From Dehalococcoidia bacterium (lineage in GTDB: Bacteria > Chloroflexota > Dehalococcoidia > Lucifugimonadales > Lucifugimonadaceae), in assembly GCA_002710135.1 (NCBI GenBank), contig PAOY01000035.1:448-64447 (forward strand): a stretch of DNA of 64,000 nt, in the 5' to 3' direction. A program made the position numbers and the translations under genes. The notes below the pieces were generated by a model. That model did not search any database and was not told the DNA's origin. It saw only the letters and a list, made by a program, of their open reading frames with translations. This document shows, in pieces, positions 10,401 to 19,905 of the stretch (position 1 is the stretch's first letter; the number at the start of each line of letters is the position of its first letter).

Positions 10401-10914
10401 AAATTTTTCTTATTTCCATAACTATTTGATTTATATCTTTTTCGTTAGTATTAATCTTTATATTAGCAACATTGTAAACGCTTAGCCTACTATTGAATAA
10501 ATTTATAATATTTTCTTTTTTTACATTAGATCCTATAAGAGGTCTTATTTCACTAGATTTATTTAATCTTTTAAAAATAGAATCAACTGAAGCTTCTAAC
10601 CATATGATAAAACCTTTATCTTGCATAATACTAAGGTTTTTATCAATAGTTGGGATTCCTCCTCCTGTAGCAATAATATTATTTTTTGAAAAATCTATTT
10701 CAGATAAAACTTTCGTTTCAGTTTTTCTGAATTCATCTTCACCATTATCTAAAATTATTTCACCAATGGTTTTACCTTTTTGAATTTCTATGATTCTATC
10801 TGTATCAATGAAATTGTAGCTTAGAGACTTTGCCAAACTTTTTCCTACTGAACTTTTACCAGACCCAGAAAATCCTATCAAAAATAAATTTGATAAATCT
10901 TTTTTATTTTCCAT
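10390..10914 (-). CDS. aroK: shikimate kinase
   Basis: P-loop LIGFSGSGKSS, then DTD and GGG motifs. The track ORF starts at 10944. I prefer the ATG at 10914 (MENKKDL...) because it puts the P-loop at the usual distance and cuts the overlap with aroC to 11 nt. Confidence 0.85.
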   Translation of the reverse strand: MENKKDLSNLFLIGFSGSGKSSVGKSLAKSLSYNFIDTDRIIEIQKGKTIGEIILDNGEDEFRKTETKVLSEIDFSKNNIIATGGGIPTIDKNLSIMQDKGFIIWLEASVDSIFKRLNKSSEIRPLIGSNVKKENIINLFNSRLSVYNVANIKINTNEKDINQIVMEIRKIYGK

Positions 10915-12082
10915 ATTCTTTGAAGCTTTTGATATAAGAAACAAAGTTTCTTTTTATTTCCTGCAAACTGTCTCCTCCAAACTTTTCTAAAACTACTTCA
11001 GTTAATGCAAGAGCTAACATTGCTTCTCCAACTGGACAAGCTCTACTAACTTGGCAAATGTCTGATCTATTGTAAGCAGCTTCAACAACTTCTCCTGAAA
11101 TAATATCTACTGATGGAAGAGGACTGGTCATAGTTGCTATTGGCTTTATAGCGACATTCACGACGATACTATTCCCATTCGACATTCCCCCTTCTATCCC
11201 CCCTGAATGATTAGATATTTGAGAAAAGTTTCTTGGGTCTGATTTATTAGGTTCAATTACATCTTGAACTTCTTTTCCTAATTTTTTGGTATTTTCAAAT
11301 CCATTTCCTATTTCAACTCCTTTGACAGCATTTATAGAAATCATGGCTTGTGCAATTTTCCCATCCAATTTATTATCCCAATGAGTGTGGCTTCCTAGTC
11401 CTAGGGGAACATTTTGTGCAATCACTTGAAAAATACCACCTATGGTAGTTCTTTCTTTTTTTACTTGATCTATAACTTTCTTAAATCTATTGTCTTCTTC
11501 ACTATTTGATGCTCTTACCTCAGATTTTTCTACATAATTCCAATCAATATCATCTAAATTATTTATTTCAGATTCTTCCCAACCTACTGATTTAACTCTA
11601 GATTTTATTTCAACACCTAGTTCTGATAAAAATTTTTTACATATTGATGCAGCTGCTACTCTTGCTGCAGTTTCTCTTGCACTAGCTCTTTCAAGTACAT
11701 TTCTTACATCTTTGTGGTTGAATTTTAAAGTACCAGGAAAGTCTGCATGACCTGGGACTATTTTAGTTTGTAACTTTATATCTTCTTCTGGGTCTACTGG
11801 AGTTATTGACATGGGTGTCGTCCAATTTACCCAGTCCTTGTTTTCTATCCAGAGAGATATTGGAGAACCTAGTGTTTTTCCATGTCTTACACCTGTAAGA
11901 ATCTCCGCTTTATCTTTTTCAATTTTCATTCTTCCGCCTGATCCATATCCTTTTTGCCTTCTAGACATATCTTTTTCAATATAATCTTCGTCAATAGATA
12001 AATTTGAAGGAATTCCTTCAATTATTACGCTCAGGCCTTTACCATGAGATTCTCCAGCTGTTAAGAATCTAAATTTTCCCAT
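10904..12082 (-). CDS. aroC: chorismate synthase
   Basis: 392 aa. Motifs FRFLTAGESHGKGL, GYGSGGRMKIE and ERASARETAARVA. Confidence 0.95.
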   Translation of the reverse strand: MGKFRFLTAGESHGKGLSVIIEGIPSNLSIDEDYIEKDMSRRQKGYGSGGRMKIEKDKAEILTGVRHGKTLGSPISLWIENKDWVNWTTPMSITPVDPEEDIKLQTKIVPGHADFPGTLKFNHKDVRNVLERASARETAARVAAASICKKFLSELGVEIKSRVKSVGWEESEINNLDDIDWNYVEKSEVRASNSEEDNRFKKVIDQVKKERTTIGGIFQVIAQNVPLGLGSHTHWDNKLDGKIAQAMISINAVKGVEIGNGFENTKKLGKEVQDVIEPNKSDPRNFSQISNHSGGIEGGMSNGNSIVVNVAIKPIATMTSPLPSVDIISGEVVEAAYNRSDICQVSRACPVGEAMLALALTEVVLEKFGGDSLQEIKRNFVSYIKSFKEYGK

Positions 12083-12091
12083 TTTTAATCC

Positions 12092-12934
12092 TCAATTATT
12101 TTTGGTTATTCCAACCGCTTGTAGCATTTTTTTTACAGGGGCTTTTTCCCTTGTAACTAGTTCAAAGCCCTCTATTGCTTGAAAAACAAGCATTGTTATA
12201 CCACCTATTGTTTCAATATCGTTATCTTTTGCTTGTTCAATGAAAGGAGTTATTTCAGGAGAATAAACTAAGTCATAACATAAGGCTCTTTTATTAATAT
12301 TATCAGTATTTATTGGAGATTTGTTTGGATCAGGTCCACCATGCATTCCAACTGAAGTTGTATTAATTATCAAATCTAAGTCACTAACAAAATCTTTATC
12401 ACTAAGTTTTGATGAATCTATTATTTTGATATCTTTACCTACCTTATGAAAATTACTAACTAAATCTTTTGCATTTTTTTTAGTTCGATTATAAATATAA
12501 ATGCTATTTGCATTCTCATTAATTAATGCCATGCAAATTGCTTTTGCAGATCCTCCTGCTCCAAGTACAAGGCAATCCTTATTAGTGATTTGTTTCCCAT
12601 AATAGGTCAAGCTTTCTTTGAAACCTATCCAATCAGTATTGTATCCTTTCAATCTACCTTCAGAATTTACTACCCAATTTACAGCATTCATTTCTTTGGC
12701 TGAATCATCAATCTCTTCAATAAAAGAAATAATAGAATTTTTATGAGGTAGTGTTACACAAAATCCAAGGATATTAGGATTTCTTAATTCTTCGATTTTT
12801 TTTTCAAGATTCGATGGATTAACTTCCCATACGTTAAATTCAATGTCTAAATTTAATTCTTTAAACCCTGCTTCATGAATTTTAGGGGATAGAGTGTGAC
12901 CAAGAGGATATCCTAATATGCCGATCTGTTTCAT
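12092..12934 (-). CDS. aroE: shikimate 5-dehydrogenase
   Basis: 280 aa. Motifs GYPLGHTLSPKIH, GYNTDWIGF and the Rossmann motif LGAGGSAKA. Confidence 0.85.
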   Translation of the reverse strand: MKQIGILGYPLGHTLSPKIHEAGFKELNLDIEFNVWEVNPSNLEKKIEELRNPNILGFCVTLPHKNSIISFIEEIDDSAKEMNAVNWVVNSEGRLKGYNTDWIGFKESLTYYGKQITNKDCLVLGAGGSAKAICMALINENANSIYIYNRTKKNAKDLVSNFHKVGKDIKIIDSSKLSDKDFVSDLDLIINTTSVGMHGGPDPNKSPINTDNINKRALCYDLVYSPEITPFIEQAKDNDIETIGGITMLVFQAIEGFELVTREKAPVKKMLQAVGITKNN

Positions 12935-13344
12935 AAATTACCTTTTGATACTAGATAATTTTCCAAAATAAGTACAGCTGAAGCAGAATCAATCTTATCT
13001 TTGATTTTTCTTTTATTCGAGTCTAATTCCTTTAGGTATTTCTCAGCTTGCTTAGTTGTTAATCTTTCATCCCACATAATAACTTTAATTGTTTTGTGTT
13101 TGGATTTAATTAAGTTCGAAATTGATCTAGAATACTTAGCTCTTTCACCTTCCCTGCCACTTAATAACTTAGGCAGACCAATAATAATTTTTTCTACTTT
13201 CTTATCTTCAATAATTTTTGATATTTTTTCAAGAAAATTATCTTTAGAACTAATATAATCTAATGGAGTACATAAAGAAGATATTTCATTAGAAATTGCT
13301 ACTCCTGTTCTTTTTATACCTATATCTAATCCTAAGATAGTCAT
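12931..13344 (-). CDS. ruvX: YqgF/RuvX putative pre-16S rRNA nuclease (Holliday-junction-resolvase-like)
   Basis: 137 aa. Motifs ILGLDIGIKRTGVA and DERLTT. Has 4-nt overlaps with both alaS and aroE. Confidence 0.9.
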   Translation of the reverse strand: MTILGLDIGIKRTGVAISNEISSLCTPLDYISSKDNFLEKISKIIEDKKVEKIIIGLPKLLSGREGERAKYSRSISNLIKSKHKTIKVIMWDERLTTKQAEKYLKELDSNKRKIKDKIDSASAVLILENYLVSKGNL

Positions 13345-16052
13345 TTTTTTAGATTTTTTTCTAGAATATTTTTAGATTCATTAAAGAATTTCTCAAAATT
13401 TTTAATATCTTTGATTCCTACTTGTGCCGAAAGTTTATTTCCACCACCACCACCATTAGATTCTTTAGCAATTATTTTAGCTACTTGTCCTGCTTCAAAA
13501 TCTATATCATCAGTTGCCATTATGACAATCACTCCTTTATCTTCAATTATTGAACCCAATATAGCTAAACCACTGCCTAGTTTTGTTCTTAGATTATCTC
13601 CGGCATTTCTTAATGCTCCAATATTTGAAGCAGATACTTTTGAACATGAAATTTTTGTTGATCCAATATTAAATTCTTGACTAATAGATTTATCATTATT
13701 CCCCATTGATAAATTTGTAATTTGCATATTAAGATTTTCTATTTGCTTTTGTTGTTCTTTAGAAAGTTTTTGTAACTGATTAAATTTTTCAACTACATCT
13801 TCATTATTTGAACTAAGAGATTTCATTATTTCGTTTACAATTTTTTGGTTGCTATCTACGATATTTTCAGTTCCAATTCCAGTAGTAGCAAATATTCTCC
13901 TATTACCAGATCCAATCCCTGTCTCAGAAACAATTTTGAATAATCCTATTCCACCTGTTCTATCCATATGAGTTCCACCACATAATTCAAAACTCCATGG
14001 AGCATCAATCCTGATTGTTCTTACATCATTTTCATATTTATCATCGAAAAAAGCTATAGCACCTTCATCAATAGCTTTTTTGTAAGTAGTATTGCACACT
14101 TCAACTTTTATATTATTTCTTATATATTCATTAACCCTAAATTCAATATTTTTTATTGAAGATTCGTTAAGTGATTCTAGGTTAGTGAAATCAAATCTTA
14201 AGTAATCAGGATGCACAAGAGAACCTGACTGACGAACATGAATTCCGATTATTTCTCTAAGAGCTGCATGCAGTAAGTGAGTTGCAGTATGGTTTCTTTT
14301 TATCTTTTCTCTTCTTTCTTCATTAACTATTAATTTAATTAAAGAACCATTAGTAATTTCGCCTGATTTCATTTTAGATTTATGAATAAATAATCCTCCA
14401 TAGGGAGATACTGTATCTATAATTTCAAATTCTCCTGTTTTAGAGGTGCCAATTCCTTTGTCCCCTACTTGTCCACCCTTTTCAGCATAAAAAGGAGTTT
14501 TATCAGTAATAATCTCAAATTCATCATCCTGAATGATTTTTTCTACGATTTTATTGTCTTTAATAATTGCTAATATTTTAGATTCGGAATTAAGTGTTTC
14601 AAATCCAGTAAATTCTGTTGGTTTTAATTTTAAGGAGGAGTATAGTTTTTGGGATATATTCTCAGAATTTTTTTCACTGATGTTTTTTGAGGACATTTTC
14701 TGTTCTTCCATTATCCTCAAAAATTCATCTTTATCAACATCTAATCCATTTTCCATACATATTTCTGTTGTGATCTCTATAGGGAATCCATAAGTATCAT
14801 ACAATATAAAAGCTTCATTACCTGATATTAATTTATTTTTTTTCTTACTATCGTTTTTAGAAAATATTTCATTAGCCGCGTCCTCTGATGCCTTGAATCT
14901 TTCTACATTACTTAAATCAATTCCGCGTTTCTTCATTAGTTCATTCAATACTTGTGTACCAAAGTTTAATGTTTTATTGAAATTTTCCTCTTCCTTATTA
15001 AGAACTGAAGTTATAAATTTTAATTTTTCCTCTAGCTCAGGATAAACATGTTTAAGCTTTCTAGATGTAATATCTGCTATTGGAGACAATACAGGGAATT
15101 CTAAACCTAATTTTTTTGCAGTAATCATACCTCTTCTTATTAACCTTCTCAATACATATCCTCTGCCTGTATTTTCTGGTAATACACCATCTGCTATAAG
15201 AAAGGATGCTGATCTTCCATGTTCAGCTATGATTCTTTTAAATTTTAATGATTCAGAGTCTTGTTGTGGGGCTTTGTCATCTAGATATTCTAAATGATCC
15301 TTAAAAATATCAGTTTTATAAGCAGTCTCTTTGTTATTTAAAACAGCTACTGTTCTTTCTAGTCCCATGCCAGTATCTATATTATTGAAAGGGAGAGGCT
15401 TATCATTTCCACTTATGTCTCTATAAAATTGTGTAAAAACTAAATTATATAGTTCAATAAAATCATCATGTATATTTGGTCCCCAGTTTGGATTATCAAA
15501 TTCTAAATCATTCATTTTACCTTGATAATAATGTAATTCTGTACAAGGGCCACATGGACCTTCGTCTCCTGCAGGACCCCACCAGTTGTCCTCATCTCCA
15601 AACTTATATATATACTTTTCTTCTATACCTAAATCAATCCAAATCTGTTTAGTTTCATCATCATCTTTATATACCGTAAAAAAGAGCCTGTCTTTTTCAA
15701 ATCCAAGGACATCAATCATAAACTCCAATGCCCATTCACAAGCTTCTTTTTTGAAATAATCACCGAAACTAAAATTTCCAAGCATTTCAAATAAAGTTAG
15801 GTGAGTATCGTCTCCTACTTCTTCAATATCGGTGGTCCTAAAACATTTTTGAGAAGTTGTTATTCTTTTGTTCGGAGGCTCCTTTTCTCCAGAAAAATAT
15901 GCTTTAAATTGAGCCATACCAGAGTTTGTAAGCAATAGAGAAGGATCTCCACTTGGAATTAACGATGATGAAGGCATAATAAGATGATTTTTTGACTCAA
16001 AAAATTTCAAAAAACTATCTCTGAGTTGATCTGCTGTTTTCGGTGTGTTCAT
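13341..16052 (-). CDS. alaS: alanine--tRNA ligase
   Basis: 903 aa. Class II core (FLKFFESKNH, GNFSFGDYFK), editing-domain motifs HTATHLLHAAL and CGGTH, and a C-terminal DHHA1-like GGGGG region. Confidence 0.97.
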   Translation of the reverse strand: MNTPKTADQLRDSFLKFFESKNHLIMPSSSLIPSGDPSLLLTNSGMAQFKAYFSGEKEPPNKRITTSQKCFRTTDIEEVGDDTHLTLFEMLGNFSFGDYFKKEACEWALEFMIDVLGFEKDRLFFTVYKDDDETKQIWIDLGIEEKYIYKFGDEDNWWGPAGDEGPCGPCTELHYYQGKMNDLEFDNPNWGPNIHDDFIELYNLVFTQFYRDISGNDKPLPFNNIDTGMGLERTVAVLNNKETAYKTDIFKDHLEYLDDKAPQQDSESLKFKRIIAEHGRSASFLIADGVLPENTGRGYVLRRLIRRGMITAKKLGLEFPVLSPIADITSRKLKHVYPELEEKLKFITSVLNKEEENFNKTLNFGTQVLNELMKKRGIDLSNVERFKASEDAANEIFSKNDSKKKNKLISGNEAFILYDTYGFPIEITTEICMENGLDVDKDEFLRIMEEQKMSSKNISEKNSENISQKLYSSLKLKPTEFTGFETLNSESKILAIIKDNKIVEKIIQDDEFEIITDKTPFYAEKGGQVGDKGIGTSKTGEFEIIDTVSPYGGLFIHKSKMKSGEITNGSLIKLIVNEERREKIKRNHTATHLLHAALREIIGIHVRQSGSLVHPDYLRFDFTNLESLNESSIKNIEFRVNEYIRNNIKVEVCNTTYKKAIDEGAIAFFDDKYENDVRTIRIDAPWSFELCGGTHMDRTGGIGLFKIVSETGIGSGNRRIFATTGIGTENIVDSNQKIVNEIMKSLSSNNEDVVEKFNQLQKLSKEQQKQIENLNMQITNLSMGNNDKSISQEFNIGSTKISCSKVSASNIGALRNAGDNLRTKLGSGLAILGSIIEDKGVIVIMATDDIDFEAGQVAKIIAKESNGGGGGNKLSAQVGIKDIKNFEKFFNESKNILEKNLKK

Positions 16053-16093
16053 AAATTTTAGTACTAATTATATATATATTACGATAAAGAATG

Positions 16094-17152
16094 TTAGTTT
16101 GTCTTGGTTTTTATCTGCTCAAATATTTTCTTCCTCCATCCGCTTATTTGGATTTTATTTGATCCAAAATATTTTTCTAAATCTTTTTTATTTGCTACCA
16201 GTTGCTGAGATATATTAAGCTCTTCTGATAAATCAAGTAATAATTTTTGATATTTTTTAACATTTGTTCTTTTTTGTTTCAATTTTTTTGGAATATTTTC
16301 TGAAAAATCAAATTTTTTAAATAAATCGGAATAATCATTAGAATTAAAAAATTTATTTATATCTAATCTTTCTTTCTTTAATTCATCAATACTTAGATAT
16401 TTTTTTGAAGATAACTTAATAATATTTTTATCATTTAAGAACCAAGTCTTAGGTATATTTCTTTTCCTAGAAATATCTTCTCTATATTTAGAAAGCATTA
16501 TAAAGAGATTTTTATTTATTCCTGAAAAATCACTTAGTTTTATTTTTTTCCATGAATTTATTGGATCTTTTTTAGATTTATTATCCCGTAATACTTTTTC
16601 TAATTCTTCCTTGTACCAATTTCCCTTTTTTTCATTTTCTAGAATTATAGATATTTTTTGGTATATTTTTTCTAGATATATAACATCGTTTGCTGCATAA
16701 TTAATTTGTTTATTTGTCAATGGTCGCTTTATCCAATTGGAAGTTTGTAGCTCTTTATCAATTTCTATATTTAGATATTTTTTTACCAAATTTTTGTAAC
16801 TAATATGATGTTCTAGATCAATAAATGCATTTGCTAATTGGGTATCAAAAAAGTTGGTTGTTTCTATAGAAAAAAAATCATTAATAATGTCTAAATCTTG
16901 TTCATAATCATGAAATATTTTTTTATATTTTCTATTCTTAAATATATTTTTTAATACACTGACATTTTTATTCTTATCAAGGCAATCAAAAATAAATACA
17001 TTTCCATTTACCGCTAGTTGAATCAGACAAAGAATAGGATAGTAAGTTTTTTCTCTAATAAATTCTGTATCAACAGAAATGATTTGGCTTTTGTTTATCT
17101 CTTCTAAAAAAAAATTAATATTAGATTTATCTGTAATTAAGTTAATGTTCAT
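16094..17152 (-). CDS. rnd: ribonuclease D (DEDD 3'-5' exonuclease plus HRDC-like region)
   Basis: 352 aa. Exo motifs ISVDTEF, FHDYEQDLD and YAANDVIYL. Confidence 0.8.
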   Translation of the reverse strand: MNINLITDKSNINFFLEEINKSQIISVDTEFIREKTYYPILCLIQLAVNGNVFIFDCLDKNKNVSVLKNIFKNRKYKKIFHDYEQDLDIINDFFSIETTNFFDTQLANAFIDLEHHISYKNLVKKYLNIEIDKELQTSNWIKRPLTNKQINYAANDVIYLEKIYQKISIILENEKKGNWYKEELEKVLRDNKSKKDPINSWKKIKLSDFSGINKNLFIMLSKYREDISRKRNIPKTWFLNDKNIIKLSSKKYLSIDELKKERLDINKFFNSNDYSDLFKKFDFSENIPKKLKQKRTNVKKYQKLLLDLSEELNISQQLVANKKDLEKYFGSNKIQISGWRKKIFEQIKTKTN

Positions 17153-17171
17153 AATTAATATTTATAATGAC

Positions 17172-17957
17172 CTAGTTTAATATTTTTATCAGATCATAGA
17201 GTGTATTTATCACATAATCAGGCTTAATCTTTTTTTCATATGAATCATTTTTTCTGTCGATTAATACATTTTTTATATTGAGTTTTTTCGCTCCGGAGAT
17301 ATCCCCGTCTAAAGTATCTCCAATCATAATTATTTCTGAAAAATCTAGTGATAATTTTTTACAAATAAGTTCATATGGTTCGCTATGAGGTTTACCCTTA
17401 TTACATTCAGAAGAAGTTACTATTTCTGAATTCTCTGATGAAAAAAAACTCAATAGTCCTGAAACACTTATTTTTTTTCTTTGGTGAAATTGCATTCCAT
17501 TTGTAAGTATTCCAAGTTTATAATCTTTTAGTTTAGTAATTGTTGGAATTACATCTTTAAATGACTTAATTCCATCCCACATAAAAAATTTATAATTGTC
17601 TATGATATTTTTTACATTGATTCTACTTTTAGAAATACCTAAATTTTTAATTATCCCTAACCACATTTCATTTTGAGCATCCAAATATATATTATTTAGA
17701 TATTCAGCGATTTCACCGAAACCTCCGCAATCAGCCCATAAAATATCTCTTCCTCCAAATTTTGCATCTAAATACTCAGAAAAATATTTTTTTGACCCAA
17801 TCGTATCTATTGTTTCAATCATGATTTTTAATATTTCAGTATTAGGCATTTTAAAATCTGGGAAGAATGTATTGATAGTTCTTATATAATTGAAATCATA
17901 TAAATCATCGTGAACGGTCAATGTATCATCTAGGTCGAAAACTAAGCCTTTTATCAT
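17172..17957 (-). CDS. HAD-superfamily hydrolase/phosphatase
   Basis: 261 aa. Motif I is VFDLDDTL; the C-terminal motif is GDTLDGDISGA. Has a 4-nt overlap with the upstream dehydrogenase gene. Confidence 0.75.
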   Translation of the reverse strand: MIKGLVFDLDDTLTVHDDLYDFNYIRTINTFFPDFKMPNTEILKIMIETIDTIGSKKYFSEYLDAKFGGRDILWADCGGFGEIAEYLNNIYLDAQNEMWLGIIKNLGISKSRINVKNIIDNYKFFMWDGIKSFKDVIPTITKLKDYKLGILTNGMQFHQRKKISVSGLLSFFSSENSEIVTSSECNKGKPHSEPYELICKKLSLDFSEIIMIGDTLDGDISGAKKLNIKNVLIDRKNDSYEKKIKPDYVINTLYDLIKILN

Positions 17958-19015
17958 AAGTTAGAAATAATCGATTTTGTTACTTCTGATGTAGAGGAAT
18001 TTCCTCCAAGATCAGGAGATATTGATTCACCAAGTTCTAATACCTTTTTAACAGAATTTTCAATAATTTCTGCACTTTCATTTTCTCCTAGATGTTTCAT
18101 CATTATTCCTGCAGTTAGTATTTGAGCCATTGGATTTGCTATACCTTTTCCTGCAATATCAGGTGCTGATCCATGTGTTGGTTCAAACATAGAAGGGCTT
18201 GTTCTGGTAGGGTCTATATTTCCACTAGAAGCTAGACCCATTGAACCTGTGATAATTGCTCCTATATCAGTCAAAATATCACCAAAAAGATTACTAGCAA
18301 CTACAACATCAAAGTTTTCTGGTTTTCTTATAAAATCCATGCATGCAGCATCAATTAATAATGAATCTGTACTAACTTGAGGATAATCTTTTTTTACTTC
18401 TTCAAAAGTTCTATCCCATAAAACCATAGAGTATCCTTGAGCATTTGATTTTGTTATTGAAGTGACATGCATCTTTTTATTTCTTTCGATTGCTAAGTCA
18501 AAAGCATATCTAATTACTCTTTCACAGCCTTTTCTTGTAAAAACTGCACTTTGAACAGCTACTTCATCTGGGAAATTTTGATATTGAAATCCTCCTACGT
18601 TAGCATATTCTCCTTCAGTATTTTCTCTAACAACAACTAGGTCTATATCATATGGTTTCAAGTCCTTGAGGGGAGTATTTACTCCAGGATACAATATTGA
18701 AGGCCTTACACATGCAAATTGATCAAATGCTCTTCTGATTGGAAGGAGTAGGCCGTTAAGTGTAATATGATCTTGAATTTCTGGGTGCCCTACTGCTCCT
18801 AGAAAAATAGCATCAAATGATTCTAATTGTTGAATACCATCTTCTGGCATCATTATTCCATTTTTAAAATAATATTCAGAACTCCATTCAAACTCCTGGA
18901 AATCTAGATTGTAATTTTTGTTATTTTCTAAAGCCTTCAATACTTCAATCGAGCTATTTACAACTTCTACTCCAATACCATCTCCGGGAATTACTGCTAT
19001 TTTGTAAGTTTTCAT
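17954..19015 (-). CDS. tartrate dehydrogenase / D-malate dehydrogenase-type member of the isocitrate/isopropylmalate dehydrogenase family
   Basis: 353 aa. Motifs KIAVIPGDGIGVEV, VRENTEGEY and NLFGDILTDIGAIITGSMGLASSGNIDP. By recall this is closer to TtuC-type than LeuB-type sequences. Confidence 0.65.
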   Translation of the reverse strand: MKTYKIAVIPGDGIGVEVVNSSIEVLKALENNKNYNLDFQEFEWSSEYYFKNGIMMPEDGIQQLESFDAIFLGAVGHPEIQDHITLNGLLLPIRRAFDQFACVRPSILYPGVNTPLKDLKPYDIDLVVVRENTEGEYANVGGFQYQNFPDEVAVQSAVFTRKGCERVIRYAFDLAIERNKKMHVTSITKSNAQGYSMVLWDRTFEEVKKDYPQVSTDSLLIDAACMDFIRKPENFDVVVASNLFGDILTDIGAIITGSMGLASSGNIDPTRTSPSMFEPTHGSAPDIAGKGIANPMAQILTAGIMMKHLGENESAEIIENSVKKVLELGESISPDLGGNSSTSEVTKSIISNL

Positions 19016-19023
19016 TTTATCTC

Positions 19024-19905
19024 CTATTGTTTTTCTATTATTTGAATTATCCCTGCCATATCATCCATTTCTTTACCATCTTTTTTTAGTTCATCATATA
19101 ATTTTTTTGAAGTTTTTGTTAAAGGTAAGTTTACCGACAAATCTTTTCCTAGTTGATCAATTATTGAAATATCTTTATGAATATTTCTTGCAGGAACTGA
19201 TGATCCCTCAAATTCTCTATCTCTTATTATTGGAGCACATCTTTCTAACATTCTTGAAAAGCCAAAACTTACTTGTAATATTTCCATAGCTGAATCGATA
19301 TCGACATTTGATGCGTTAGTTAAGGCTAGTGCTTCAGCTGCAGCTGTTGTATGTACAGCTGTTAATAATTGATTTATTAGCTTCATTGAAGTTCCTGCTC
19401 CATTTTCACCCATATGTTTTACAGTCGTTCCCATCATTTTGAAATAATCTAAAGCTTTGTTGTAAGGTTCTATATTTCCTCCAACCATAATAGATAATGT
19501 TCCATCTTTAGCACCAATGGGTCCTCCAGAGATGGGAGCATCAAGAAATTCTGATCCTTTTTCTTTACAAAATTCAAAACATTTTTTAGAGGTTGCTAAA
19601 TCTACAGTTGAGTGGTCTATAATAATTTTTTTTTCAGAAGTTTTAGATAATAAGCCCTCATTGCCTGTTATTATTTCTATAGAAGTCTGAGTATCAGGTA
19701 AACATGTTAGTATAATGTCACTTTTTTCTGCTAGATCTTGTAAAGAGTATGCGCCTTTTGCTCCTCTTTTTTCCATAGAAGATATTTTTTCCTTATTTCT
19801 TGTATAAACTGTAAGATTTGCATTTTTTTCAAGAAGATTATTTGCCATTCCTTGCCCCATATTTCCCAGTCCAACAAAACCAATTCTTTTCATAATTTTC
19901 CTCAT
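19024..19905 (-). CDS. NAD(P)-dependent beta-hydroxyacid dehydrogenase (3-hydroxyisobutyrate / tartronate-semialdehyde reductase family)
   Basis: 293 aa. Rossmann motif IGFVGLGNMGQGMA, DAPISGGPIGA, and the catalytic Lys region GAGTSMKLINQ. Confidence 0.8.
   Translation of the reverse strand: MRKIMKRIGFVGLGNMGQGMANNLLEKNANLTVYTRNKEKISSMEKRGAKGAYSLQDLAEKSDIILTCLPDTQTSIEIITGNEGLLSKTSEKKIIIDHSTVDLATSKKCFEFCKEKGSEFLDAPISGGPIGAKDGTLSIMVGGNIEPYNKALDYFKMMGTTVKHMGENGAGTSMKLINQLLTAVHTTAAAEALALTNASNVDIDSAMEILQVSFGFSRMLERCAPIIRDREFEGSSVPARNIHKDISIIDQLGKDLSVNLPLTKTSKKLYDELKKDGKEMDDMAGIIQIIEKQ

Noticed and set aside
10915-10944. Longer N-terminal extensions offered by the ORF track for aroK (start 10944), the RACo gene (start 24863) and the 31586 gene (start 31978).
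   Set aside because: The internal ATGs at 10914, 24896 and 31909 give family-typical N-termini, shorter overlaps or classic stop-start coupling, and better upstream purine-rich motifs. The longer forms cannot be excluded without experimental data.
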